Origin: Octopus vulgaris
Lineage: Eukaryota
DNA: 64,000 nucleotides
Assembly: GCA_951406725.2 (NCBI GenBank)
Contig: OX597829.1
Span: forward strand, 10,044,001 to 10,108,000
Direction of reading: 5' to 3'
Position numbers and translations under genes: made by a program. The notes under the pieces are model-generated. The model was not told the DNA's origin. It saw nothing but the letters and a program-made list of their open reading frames with translations, and searched no databases. Shown piece by piece: positions 1 through 14,414 of the stretch (positions are counted from its first letter, which is position 1; each line of letters opens with the position of its first letter).

Positions 1-130
1 AATAAATAACTGGTCAATTACTATGACTGCAATAGCTTTTGTATCCTTTACCCGATTAAGTGTCCCCTTCGGCTTAGTGTCCCCTTCGGCTTACTCCCTA
101 AGAATAGGGAGTAATGATAAAAATACACAG

Positions 131-284
131 AAGTGGCTGTGTGGTAAGAAACTTGCTTCCCAACTACATGGTTCTGGGTTCAGTCCCACTGCGTAGCACC
201 CTGGACAAGTGTTTTCTACTATAGCCTCAGACCGACCAAAGCTTTGAGTGGATTTGGTAGACAGAAACTGATAGAAGTCCATCG

Positions 285-363
<79 letters not shown>

Positions 364-378
364 TAGATAGATAAATAA

Positions 379-460
<82 letters not shown>

Positions 461-643
461 GTATTTGTGTGTCTGTGTTTGTCCCTTTACCAACACTTGA
501 CAACCGATGCTTAGAGGTTCGGCAAAAGACCCGAATAGAATAAGTGCTAGGCTTTAAAAGAATTTGTTCAGCTAAAGGCAGTGCTCCAGCATGGCTGAAG
601 TCAAATAACTGAAACAAGTAAAAGAATAACAGAATGAAAGAAT
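131..643 (+). mobile_element. tRNA-derived SINE, family A (bipartite, with internal microsatellite)
   Basis: Head GTGGCTGTGTGGTAAG (A-box-like) and GGTTCAGTCCC (B-box-like), internal (TA)n(GA)n(GATA)n, 3' part ending GTGCTCCAGCATGGC...GAAACAAGTAAAAGAATA. The same layout recurs at 18508, 19066, 36636 and 38568. Confidence 0.85.
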
Positions 644-963
644 ACTTCGCGCATGGCAAGCGGTGACGATTTTTCATCTTTCACTGAGAAACCAATCTTC
701 ATTAAATACCCTAACGCCAACTTAACTGTTGTTTTATCATCCAGGTTTCTCAGATTTAAACATCGTGTTAGATGTTTCATATTTCAAGCATATTTTTAGA
801 CAGTATTGTACATCATCTACTTATTGATTTCCTCATCCTTTCTTCAGCAAATATATTCTAAAATCTCTATTTTGCTACAGAGATCCAGAACTACTGAAAC
901 ATGTCTGGTGTTCTCTTCCGTAAATGCTGAAATATAACAATGAGCGTAGTGTTTTTGTATATT

Positions 964-1090
<127 letters not shown>

Positions 1091-1410
1091 GTATATTTGT
1101 CCAAAATCTCGGAGTAGGAGAAAGAGTAGTATACGTGAAGGGAGAGGAGAGAAAATAGTAATTCAGTGAAGTAGAAGTAGTAAGAGTAATAGCCCCGACT
1201 TAGAGAGAGTGAATGAAAGCATTATTAACAATGAGAGAAAAGAAGTGGCAAAGAGCTCGCCGTGCATCTTTTGTTTTACTCCATCACAACATATAAATGA
1301 AAAAGGAAGGGGTGATAGTTGAATATTGAAGGAAAAGGTGAAAAAAAGTCAGTGTTTCAATTCTGTGTGAGTATATGTGTGTGTATGTAAAAGGGTGGTA
1401 TGTAAATGCT

Positions 1411-1444
<34 letters not shown>

Positions 1445-1595
1445 TGTTTGTGCAATGGAAATGGGATGGTGAATGTTCAACACTGTAAAGAAAAATCAAA
1501 CAGCATTTCAACTCTGTGTGAGTGTATGTGTGTATGTGTGTGCATGTACAAGGGAAGTATGTGAATGTTTGTGTGATTATTATGTACCTTATTTT

Positions 1596-1632
<37 letters not shown>

Positions 1633-1820
1633 ATATATATATATATAAACATAATACTACGATTAGCTGTCATTTTTGATGGTACAGGGTCAGCTAGTAT
1701 GTATATATATATATATATATAACTTGTAAAACCTCTGATGATTCCACGGCTTTCACAAAAACAGAAAAGAACAGAATTAACTTTTGTTACCTGTTGTTAT
1801 TGTGATTATGGAACCGAATA

Positions 1821-2662
1821 CTAGGTGGTATCAAAACGTTCCCGGACTAATTCTGTAGCGCGTCCAATGTACGGCAGCAAACTGTTGCCTGCGCATTGAG
1901 AGATAGCACAGTGAACTTCATGCGGAAGTGTGCCGAGTGGCATCGCTGTTTGCTTCGCAAGTTATAAAATATGTTTTTTGATCACGTGTATGTTGTAGTC
2001 TGCAATTTTGTCATGGACAGGAACAAAGAGCCAACATGAAATTTTGTGTTAGACTTGCTACAGAGACATTGAACATGATTTGGCAAGCTTACGGCGACGA
2101 AGCAGTGGGTCGTGTGCAGTGTTTCGAGTGACACGGTCGCTTCAAAAGCGGAAGAAGATGAACAATCTAGAAGACCTTCCACGAGCGTCACCCCCGGAAA
2201 TGTGATATTGTGTACCGAGAATGTGTGCCCTCAGGGCCAACCGCAAATCGAGAGGGCATTCAGTGAAAGCAACCGGATCTGTGGAGCGCGAAGAGTAAGT
2301 TTTTTCTCGACGACAATGCACCCTGTTATCGACCTATTCTCACTCGTAAGTATCTCACCAAAAAGTAACATTGTTTCCCTTCCGTACCTGCCCTCTTCGC
2401 CAGATCTAACACATGCAGGTTTCCATCTCTTCCACAAAATGAAAATGCAGCTATTTGTAGAGATCTGGAGCGTATCGCAGAAGGTCTTGGACTCGCTTAC
2501 GGAAAACGACTTCTAGGCCGGATTCCAAAAGTGATAGGAAAGCTGGGACCGATGAATTGCTGCGCATGGAGACTATTGCGAAGGAGGTTATGTCAAAACT
2601 TAGGTAAATAGATTATCTTTTATTAAACATAACTAGACCGGGAACCTTTTGATTCTACCTCG
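1821..2662 (+). mobile_element. internally deleted mariner DNA transposon
   Basis: Imperfect ~32-bp TIRs (CTAGGTGGTATCAAAACGTTCCCGGACTAATT vs revcomp of right end CGAGGTAGAATCAAAAGGTTCCCGGTCTAGTT), TA on both sides. Transposase remnants DEQSRRPSTS, DDNAP and LPYLPSSPDL..GFHLF (mariner YSPDL motif). Confidence 0.88.
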
Positions 2663-3796
2663 TAGAAGAAAAGAGTCTGACAGATTCGGAGAGAAAATGA
2701 TATAGGTCATCGAAGAAGAGAGAGAGAGAGAAATGGAGGGCAAATAAGTGTAAGTTGAGGTGCTAAAAGTGGAAGGGGAAGAAAAGGAGTAGGAGAGAAG
2801 CTCCGAAGAATGGATAGAGGCAAGGTTATCATCATACACATGCTCGTGCACACAAACATGCGTATGCATACGCACCTACATACACACGAATGAACATATA
2901 TGCATACATACACTGAGATTTGTTTAGGCGACGATGTTGGTGGAAATGTGCTTTTGTTTGTGCTTTTTTGTTATTTGTTTTTGTTTTGTTTTGTTGTTTG
3001 TTCCGACAACGAATGAGTTATTTTTGTGAGCTAAAATTCTATTCAAAATTATTATACCTTATGATTCAACCCATGCCCTTTATCGTAAATATCTGACATC
3101 GGGCGACGGGGTCTCCGCCACTAAAACTACTAACAAGAAACAACAGCAGAAAAGAAAATATCATCAACGCCACCACAGCACCCATTTACCATTTCCAATC
3201 CTTATGTTTTATCTTTCCCTTTTCTCTGGTCTTCTTGTTCTTTCATTTGAGTTACTTACCTTAGCTTGACGCAGAAGATATATACATTGTAGTAATACAT
3301 AGGTGTCACTCATTGAATTTAATACTCTATCTTTTCTTTAATAAGGTATTTGCAACTCACAACATTATTAAATATGTTAATACAAACTTAACTATTGTCT
3401 TTCATATGGCTGTCGTCTTTCAGTAATTAACGCTCAGGATTTTTTATATATATATATAAATATTTCAGATACTCCTGCTCGCATCTACTTCCTTTCATCA
3501 CTACTTCACCTCATACAGGGAAATGTATTTGCTGAAAAGTTCTAACAAGGCTGAAACAATTTAGGAGTTATCAACAGTCGTCTCCCGTACATGCAGGATG
3601 TCTATAAATGATAATATTCATTGAACTAATCGTTATTTTTTCGTCTTCACATTAAGGTTTCTAATTAGATCGTTTAATGTTTTTAAGTACTTTTACAGAG
3701 ACTTCCAATGTCTCTGCGAGTGACATCAACGTTATGTCAGACCCTCTTAATCTGTTTCATATAAAATATAGCACAGATAACCGTTTAATAACCGTT

Positions 3797-3975
3797 TGGC
3801 TATGAAATTTGCTTCGAACTCAGTCCCACTGATTGACACTTTGGGCAAGTTTCTTCTACTCTATAGCCCAAAACTGAATGATCTCTTGTGAGTGGATTTG
3901 GTAGATGTATACCGTGTAGAAGCCTGTTGTATGTGTACATATGTGTGTGTATGCGTGTATTTGTATCTGTGTCTG
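3797..3975 (+). mobile_element. SINE family A, 5' fragment
   Basis: CTCAGTCCCACTG...TTGGGCAAGT...GTGAGTGGATTTGGTAGA matches the family A head. Confidence 0.7.
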
Positions 3976-3977
3976 CT

Positions 3978-5248
<1,271 letters not shown>

Positions 5249-7289
5249 GTTGTTGTTGTTGCTGTTGTTGTTGTTATAAATTCAGATGCAAGTTCACCGA
5301 TTTTGAATGTAGTCGCTTACATCGAATCCTCTCCTCGCAGTATTTGTCTGATACATTATTTCATCGACTCTGATTAATGAATACCAAAGTTGACATTGAT
5401 AGAATTCGAACTCAGAACTTTGCGAACCTGAAGGCTGTTTTCACTGATAGTTCTCAGGTGCACTATTTCACGTCAAAAAAGTATGAAAGAGGGGACACGA
5501 AGCTGCAGTAGGGTGGAGACAATTGAGTGGAGAGGGTTTGAGCTAAGGTGATACGTTCGTGTTTTGTCCCTTTTTCTCTCAAGCAGCGCATTACAAATTT
5601 TAGAATATGATAATCTAAGTCAAGAAATTCCTTACTTATGTTTGAGTATCTTCAACAGCATTTTATTCATAAGTATGATTAATTAAATGGAGCAATCAAT
5701 AATTGTCGATAAATATTTTTCTTTAAAATGTTTCTTGTTGGTATTGCTAGTGTTGCTTAAATTTCTATGCGAGTGTGACAATCATTTTTCATTTAATCGC
5801 AAGAGTGACGTGAAGAGAAAATTAATAAAGAACTAGATTAGCCTAAAAGAAGCAAGTGGAGGACACTGTTTTCAGGGTAGGAAGAAAAAAAAGGAAGAAG
5901 TCTCTCTTCTTAAAGAAAATGTTGGCAAAGTCGCGTATATACGAGTAGAACTTCTCGATTTGTCAATTCAAAATCTCTTCATACAGCAATTACTTTGCCA
6001 ACATGACCGTAGCGAGTGCAGACAAAGTGCAGATCGGGTCCTCGTGAGACGAATGGATAGCAACGGATGGCACAGCTCTGAATTGTTTGACGGAAGATTC
6101 TGTAATGAGTCATATCTGAAACATTATCTCTCATTACAAGTAAATATATAGTATTTTTCTTTTCACTAGTGAAAAGGAAGTAAAGATAATCGAAACATAT
6201 GTGAAGTGCAAGATTCCTTGTGTACCTTTCATTTATTTATTCATTATTTATTTTTATTTGGTCCTACAAATTTTGAAAGTTATTAGGTTATCAGAGTAGA
6301 CTTGTTTTGTGATTTAAAAATAAACTGGCCTACTTCACTATCACGTACAGACAAGTATACGTAAGCATACGTATAAACATATTTATACACTTACACAACC
6401 ATACGCGTTCACGCGCGCCTATTACATACACAGCCAAACATGAACAGCAGAAAAGCTTGTCCTTGTTCATATGGGTAAGATGTCACGTTCGTGTTCCAAG
6501 ACATTTTCGCAAATTTGGTACCGAAATGCCGCACTTCTGCGACACTATAAAGATGGAATTTAGGAATTTAGTCATAATTTCATTTTTATATTTTTATATT
6601 TTATTTCATTATATTTCTTAATTTTTATTTATTTGTCTACTTTAGATGGAGAGTTCGCATTTAATTTTTTTCTTGTTTCATCTCCTTCCTCTTCCGTTCA
6701 CAAATTTTTGATAGTTTTTTCTCTTTCTATCACTCTCTCCCTTACCCTCTCTCGCTCTCTTACTCTTTCTCTCTCGCTCTCTTACTCTTTCTCTCTCTCT
6801 CTCTTACTCTTTCTCTCTCTCTCACTTTCCTCCTCTTTTTTTCACACAATTTTACTCCCTTTTTGTCTATCTCTTTTCTCGGTCGTTCTCTCTTACTCTT
6901 CTCCTTTAAGCATTTTGTATATCTTCTGCAGTTTATTTACATTCATATGTCACCATATCTCCTCTCTTCGTTATATTTATATTTTTGAACTTTCTACCTA
7001 GTTCTCGCTCTGTCCTTCTTTTCCCGACATAGAATATATTTATAATATACGAGCGTATACACATACATATATACATAGGTTCACGCATACACATATATAT
7101 AAATACCTACATAAATACTTAAATATATGCATACATACATAAATACATACATAGATACATACACCTATTAATTATATTGATATTAACCCACACAAGCGCA
7201 TACATTTATACAAGTCTATGGTCCGATATAAATATAATGTGCATGTGTGTATGTTTGTATGTATGTGTGTGTGTATTTGTGTGTGTGTG

Positions 7290-7830
7290 TAGGAGCAACA
7301 ATGACAAAAATAGTTAGAATAAAAATAATAAACCCCATAACCACCTTAAATTTAGTAAAGGTAACACTCAGAACCATAATAACCCTATCAACCTTAATAG
7401 ACCTAGCACTTTCCAACCAGCAAGTAATTCTCTACCGTTGCAAAATTTATGTGACTGTAGGAATAAAGATAATTGTGCCCTTAGAAATACCTGTAAAAGT
7501 AAAGATGTAATTTATCATTGCACTGTCACAACACAGTTTGGTAAAATAATATACATAGGAGCTACCCAAAATAAAATGAAACGAAGAGCCGCACTCCAAC
7601 AGTCCTCTTTCAGAAATAGAAATAAGACTAACTCGAACGGATTAAGTAAATATATTTGGGAACTTAAAGATAAAGATACCAGATTCACTTTAGAATGGAA
7701 AATCCTCGCCATCTTTGTATCGATGAAAATTTTTTCATACCAGCGGTACATCTATTACTTAACTTAAGGAAAGAGAAAAATTAGCCTGCTTGCACAAGAG
7801 TAAGTTTACCATCACTAAATATAAATAGCA
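7290..7830 (+). mobile_element. Penelope-like element 3' remnant (GIY-YIG endonuclease)
   Basis: ORF 7438-7767: CDCRNKDNCAL..C..KDVIYHCTV....YIGAT...K.R...SF...LSKYIWELK....LEWKIL, a Cys-rich linker plus GIY-YIG typical of PLEs. Confidence 0.8.
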
Positions 7831-8349
7831 TTAGAGTCCCTTTGCACCATCCCCACAAATAGCACCCAGAGCCATTCACCACAGAAATAGTAGTTCTCGA
7901 TATTGAATGAGGGCATATATTAACTCCTAAATTAAAGCTAGCTTAATAGTATTACATATTGGGTCCCTTATGGGAGATCCAAGAGTAATATCCCTTCACC
8001 AACATATCCGAGTTTAAATTCTACCACACCCATATCAACTTAATATATAATGTTTATATTTAGTAAGCTATTTCTTCTTAATATAACCTCCTCACCCCCT
8101 TTAATAAAGCCAGTTCTTTCAACTATGAATCTAAGTTAGAATGCAGAGAGTATTAGTACTTAACCCCAATAAATAATCCCTCCCCATGAAAACCTGTACC
8201 CGGCATCTCATCTATGGCTGTATGTGTAACTAATTTTACTTAACTGCACATTTTACACCATAGGTTAGTTTGTTTTTATCAGTTTCAATCCGGACCTAAT
8301 TTTCAGCCATTTAGTGTGAACCCCATTAGACCTACCCATTTAGAAACAT

Positions 8350-9033
8350 CTCATTTTGGCCTTCTTTTGAGCAGGTGAGGAGATGTGTATCCGCTACATC
8401 GATTGTCGCTTTGTCTCTGGTTAAAATTGATGAAGCCAACAATTGTCCTGTGTTAGGAAACGTTCAAAGAAACCGTCTGGATCTGCCTCAAACAATGTCA
8501 CATTTTCCCTTTATGTGATCATCCTGGTGCGCTTTTTATCAGGTATCAGAAGGCGTGGCACCCACCGATCAGAAACCTTTGTTATGCCAAGTTCAGAATA
8601 TCCTCAACTCTATCACGGGATATGCTAATAGCATTGGCTATTAGATTTATAATCAATCGCTGTCATCCATCACCATGTGGTAAATACGATCAATATTTTC
8701 CTCGTTGGTGACAACTGCAGGACGTCCAGACCTTGGGAAATCTTCAAGACACTTCCTTGCCCTCCTAAATTCAGCTATCTGCTTTTGTACTGTTAATAAA
8801 GCTGGAGCGTCATCCCCTAATGAAGCAACCACGTTTAGCCCCGAAAGACATTTCGGGGCTAAACCTTTTTCTGCTGGTACTGATAACACCACGATTCCAA
8901 ATTTTGTCCATTTTCTAAGAGAAGTCGCTACTAGTTACTCTTGAAGTCTTCTTTGCCTGGAAAGAAAAAATGCAGTTATTAATAACAAGATTTGAAATTA
9001 ATGCATGCAAGATGTCACAGCTTTAGCACTCTC
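8350..9033 (-). mobile_element. mariner transposase 5' part, decayed
   Basis: ATG at 8911 (MDKIWNRGVI), LGDDAPAL.TVQK..AEFRR..LED.PRSGRP, then KVSDRWVPRLL and ETKRQSM, with stops and frameshifts. Confidence 0.85.
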
Positions 9034-11289
9034 GTGTGTGTGTGTGAATACATAATATATTATATATGTATGTATATATATATTATATATATATATCTAA
9101 ACACATACATATACATACACACATATACATGCATACAAAGATACATACATACAAACATATATACATACATGCATACAAATATACATATACACATGCATAT
9201 ATATAGATACTCACCTGCTCACTGTACTTTTAACCACACATACATACTTAGGCACATACACGTACACACTATGCAGATATTTGGCATATTTCGCTCTTTT
9301 TGATAACCTTTCTCATATGAAAAAAAGTTGTTATCCACACGCAGCCAAACATCTCATATCACAAATGGATTACTTCCAAGAAAAAAAAAGAAAAGAAATA
9401 AACTCCTGTGTAATTATATAAGAAATTGATTTCCTTCAAACACAGTACTAAGACCATTCATCGTGAAAACTCATGTAATTGCACATACCTTCCTTACAAA
9501 ATTATACTTAAATATTTACACTGCTTTTTTTTTCTTTGGATGTTAAAACTCAGAATCCGCAAAAGAGGACAAATATCGATCATATATTTACGACCAACGC
9601 TGCATCACAAATGCCAGGCTTTTATGTCTTAAATATCAGAAATTAAAATAATTTAACATGAGCTCGTTACCAATTGAAAATATCCTTGAGATATATTTTA
9701 ATCTGTAAGAAAGCCATTTTGAAAGGGAGGAAATTTCTTGTTGTAGACAAATAGTGGTAAAAATAGCAAGTAAGTTCGAATCGCTCTCTTACCAGATTTC
9801 GGAATAGTCATCTTCTCTTCAGAATTGAACACTGAAAACAGAGACACCACAGACTATCAGCGAGAAATGAGGACTCTCTTACTACATGACAGTCAACATG
9901 CTGTGGCTGGTTGCTCTGATCGGCGGCCCGGCCGTAATAATATACGGATTAAAAGCGCTAAGGAGTGACGTGCACATTTGTATTTATAAACTTGTTACCA
10001 GGAGGAGATAAGTACTCTGAAATTCATGCATCCATCGATCTGGGCAGGAGACACTTCGAAATGATTTGCTGTGCTTACACCTATCTGTCGACAGCAGGAA
10101 TAGTGAATGGTTTTCTCACAGTTTCGAATAAACCTCAAGCATATTTGAACAAGTAACAAGTTTATATTTATACACATCACGAACCTTTTCTAGTTGTCTG
10201 CACCTGTGTAAATTTTAAAGTTTAGTGAACATTTTAAAATTTGATGCATTGATGTAATTTTTCACCCTGAATATCAGGAGGGAATTCACTGTTTCCAGAA
10301 AGTTCTTTTTTTAAAGTTACACAAGTTTGAACTTTGGTAAATTTCACCCAATCAGAAAACAGGATTTGGAAGATATCATTTTGGCGCAATCCTGCTTTAC
10401 GCACGTCATATAAACCCTCATAATTTATAAAAAGAATTTGGAATTTTCGGGAAATTTTTGCGAGTTTGAATTCTACACACGGAAATTTATACGACTATGC
10501 AAAAACAAAAAGAAGCAAACATTTTGATGCGTGATTTAAGGCCGATTTAGCTGATATTTTTAGCACATCTTATACTGCATGTGTTATAAGCAGTTAATAG
10601 GCCGCAAAAAAGAATTCGTGGTAAGCAGCTTGGTAACAGTTTGGCTTGTTACTATGGAAACAGCCTTTCGATTGACTAAAATTACCCAAAATTTGCAAAC
10701 TTTGAAAGCTATTAACATTTTATTTATTGAGTTATAGCGAAAGATAATTTGATGTCAATGATTACTTTACAAAACTACACCAATACACCAAATATAAAAT
10801 TAATTGAAACAAAAATTGAGGAAATTCAAAAGTGGCAGCCAAACAAAAAAATATCTCACATCACTGCTTAACGCTCAGTCACCATCTCATCCCCTTATAA
10901 CATCCATTCATTTTTCACGTACAACGTTTTTACGTTGATCTTTTCACGTACAAGTCATCTTTCTTTTCTTCTCTTTTCGTATTTTACAAAATAAGCGTTG
11001 ACTCTCCTGAGTTATTCCACTCTTTGTAGGGTTTGGTGTCTCATCCTACCGGATGTCCAGCAATCACCCTCCTCACCAAGCAATCTTGATGGGGTTGCTG
11101 GTTTAGTCACCGATGGCCTGACCCTGCAACAGGTTGTACTAGCTTACATGTTACCAGCAGCGCACAAAAGCCACCTAATTCTACTTCTACACATTTATGC
11201 TATATATGCAAATACATACATACATACATACATACATACATACATACATACATACATACATACATACATACATACATACATAGATACAG

Positions 11290-11875
11290 ATATGACAGAA
11301 GTAAATAGACACCCCAATAAAACATCGTTTTATGTTTAATTTGTAAAGATTTATATTTTTTATTGATATTTTTATGTTTCAGGTTCTGTATGTAACCGTT
11401 TAATCATGCCATGCACAAAAGAAGTTTCAGAATAGTCTGAACTTCAAAGACGCCGTATTGTGGGTCATTCTGAAGGTAGACCTAGCATAAAATCGCAGAA
11501 ACCCTTGGAATCCCGCTTTCTACAATTAATAAAGTGATTGTGCAATTCATCAGAGTGGGAAAGGATTTCACATAACTTCGTCCAGATCAATCAGGGCCCT
11601 CTGACACGACCCTTCTCTTTGCTATGAAACGTGTAGAGGATAATCCTCGGTGCAAGGTGTCTGGCATAGCAGAACACGTTGACGTCAGTCCCAAGAGAGC
11701 CGTCAGGTATCTCCACAAACTTGGTAACTATAGCAGAGCTGCAAGAAGGAAGCCACTTCTTCAACCAGCCAACATCAATCGGAAAAAAGACTGAACTAGT
11801 GAGATGGTGGAGAGGCCACTATCATCTGATGAAAACAGATTTGCTGTATTTCCTGAGAGTGGCTGAACGTGATCA
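11290..11875 (+). mobile_element. Tc1-like transposon remnant
   Basis: From ATG ~11406: KIAETLGIPLSTINKVI (HTH), RAARRKPLL, SDENRF (first catalytic Asp motif); internal stops; truncated at a (GATA)n tract. Confidence 0.8.
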
Positions 11876-11893
11876 AGAATTTGATGACAAAAG

Positions 11894-12085
<192 letters not shown>

Positions 12086-12189
12086 ATGATAGTTAGATAG
12101 ACATTCATCTATTTAGAAAGCCACTGTCAAAAACCTAATTATTTCACATCACTCGAAGTCTGCAATCTTAGAACGTAAGCTTCTGTTGC

Positions 12190-12595
12190 TCCTTCGCCAT
12201 TCTCAAAAATAGCGTTCCTAATACTTTATCTCGTTCGGCTTAACAGCCCTTCTTTTCTTGTTATTCTCCTTGTCCTGTCTTTTACTGTTTATATTTTGTA
12301 CTGTCGTTACTGTCTTGTTTTTGTTACCATTTTTACCCCTCCGCAAAAAGATCTGAAATTTTATTTAATTTGCTTTTCGCGGGAAGGAAAGTTTCAATCG
12401 AAGATGCGTAACGCCTTCTCCTTCGAAACGCAGAGTAGATGAAACCATGGCGACTGAAGAAGGGAAATTTTCCTTGTGTTATTTGTCCTGTACTCTATTT
12501 TTTCGTTGTTTAAGAAAAATGTCCAGTTCCTTAGTTTTGTGTTTATGTTTTCGTTTCTCATTGTGTTCGACGTTTTTTTGGTGTCCTGTACCCAT
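12190..12595. mobile_element. unclassified interspersed repeat, possibly PLE-derived
   Basis: T-rich non-coding block with CTTCGAAACGC and CTGAAGAAGGG words, ending at a (TA) tract. Classification is inference only. Confidence 0.35.
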
Positions 12596-12882
12596 ATATG
12601 CATGTATATATACATGTAGAGGTAGGTACATACATATATGTATGTATATATGCATATGTTTTATTTATTAAGCATAATTAAATCTCAGAATAAGATTGAA
12701 ACAGTAATCGCTCGATAATGTAAAGTATAGAAGCCATCTTATCATGGCTAACCACATTAGGGAGGGGGTGTTACTATAGCTTTATAGCCCCAAGAGATCT
12801 TCGTCTCAAGCTGGCTTTAGACACAATATCAGTGTCCTTGGAGTATTTGCAAAGGGAGGCCATCCCTTCCTCGCAAGCCTGA

Positions 12883-12939
12883 GTGATAGGCTCGAACTAG
12901 TTTCGGGATTGTTGTCCCTCGTCAACGGGCGGTAACCAC
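12883..12939 (-). ncRNA. type I minimal hammerhead ribozyme (copy 1)
   Basis: Reverse complement of 13343-13399. Confidence 0.75.
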
Positions 12940-13342
12940 CAGGTAGCGATGAAAGTGAAGGCTTCTTTACAAATATATATAAGTTTTTCTGATGGTGTCT
13001 GCCACTGATGTCGAAAAACGAACAGTAAGCATAATTAAATCTCAGAATGAGATTGAAACAGTAATCGCTCGATATTGTAAAGTATAGAAGGACACTGATA
13101 TTCTGTCTAAAGCCAGCTTGAGACGAAGATCTCTTGGGGCTATGAAGCTACAGTAACACCCCCTCTCCAATGTGGTTAGCCATGATAAGATGGCTTCTAT
13201 ACTTTACATTATCGAGCGATTACTGTTTCAATCTCATTCTGAGATTTAATTATGCTTACTGTTCGTTTTTCGACATCAGTGGCAGACGCCATCAGAAAAA
13301 CATATATATTTGTAAAGAAGCCTTCACTTTCATCGCTACCTG

Positions 13343-13399
13343 GTGGTTACCGCCCGTTGACGAGGGACAACAATCCCGAAACTAGTTCGAGCCTATCAC
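13343..13399 (+). ncRNA. type I minimal hammerhead ribozyme (copy 2)
   Basis: GCCCG-UUGACGA-GGGA(CAACAA)UCCC-GAAA-CUAG-UU-CGAGC: core boxes, 4-bp stem II, palindromic loop III CUAG, stem I GCCCG/CGAGC plus distal GUGGU/AUCAC. Confidence 0.75.
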
Positions 13400-13748
13400 T
13401 CAGGCTTGCGAGGAAGGGATGGCCTCCCTTTGCCAAATACTCCAAGGACACTGATATTGTGTCTAAAGCCAGCTTGAGACGAAGATCTCTTGGGGCTATA
13501 AAGCTACAGTAACACCCCCTCCCCAATGTGGCTAGCCATGATAAGATGGCTTCTATACTTTACATTTTATTTATTAATTTATTATATATATATATGTGTG
13601 TGTGTGTGTGTATGTATAAAATATATATATATATATATATGTATGTATATATATATGTATATATATATGTATATGTATATATGTATATAAATATATATGT
13701 ATATTTATATATATAAATATATATATATACATATATTTTATATATATA

Positions 13749-13852
<104 letters not shown>

Positions 13853-14268
13853 CACAATGACACGCGTACACACATGCACACACACACCCACACACACTCA
13901 TGCACAAGTAAATTTCCGTCAGGCATCCACACAGTTTCCGTTTATGAAATTATATATTTACGTACATATATATATGTATGTAGTGATACATGTGTGTGTG
14001 TCTGTGTATTTGAATGTTTCACAAAATAGATTTCGTGTCGGTTAAGACAAACGTTCTATTTGTGTGATGCATATATACACACATACACACATACAGATAT
14101 ACACATACACGCATATATACATGCACACATACACGAGTGATTCACACATACACGAGTGATTCCATGATCAGAGATTGTGTGATTGGGTTCAAGCAATTAC
14201 ATTTTAACAAAACTGTTGGTCTTACAAACACAATCTTATATATATATGTATTTATGTATATATGTGTA

Positions 14269-14414
<146 letters not shown>

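Larger units (their letters stand above)
12669..13566. mobile_element. retrozyme-like insertion: ~357-bp hammerhead-containing monomer as a minus-strand 1.2-mer (12669-13090) fused to a plus-strand 1.3-mer (13088-13566)
   Basis: AAGCATAATTAAATCTCAG at 12670 and 13027 (period 357); GACACTGATATT at 13091 and 13447 (period 356). The two arms are reverse complements. Flanking direct repeat TTTTATTTATTAA at 12659-12671 and 13565-13577. Confidence 0.8.

Noticed and set aside
59-93. 17-bp tandem duplication (also a ~21-bp one at ~33423-33465)
   Set aside because: Ordinary local slippage duplications.
844-926. Minus-strand terminal exon candidate, with a possible donor at 3259
   Set aside because: The acceptor is plausible, but there is no recognisable homology and the upstream candidate has in-frame stops.
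10175-10862. Possible old DNA transposon with subterminal inverted similarity
   Set aside because: The inverted match is short and degenerate; termini and TSD cannot be defined.
12405-12465. Type II (permuted) hammerhead: CCTTC-GAAACGC…CTGAAGA-AGGG (similar word order at ~27303-27340)
   Set aside because: No stem I can be formed between the putative cleavage site and the CUGA box.
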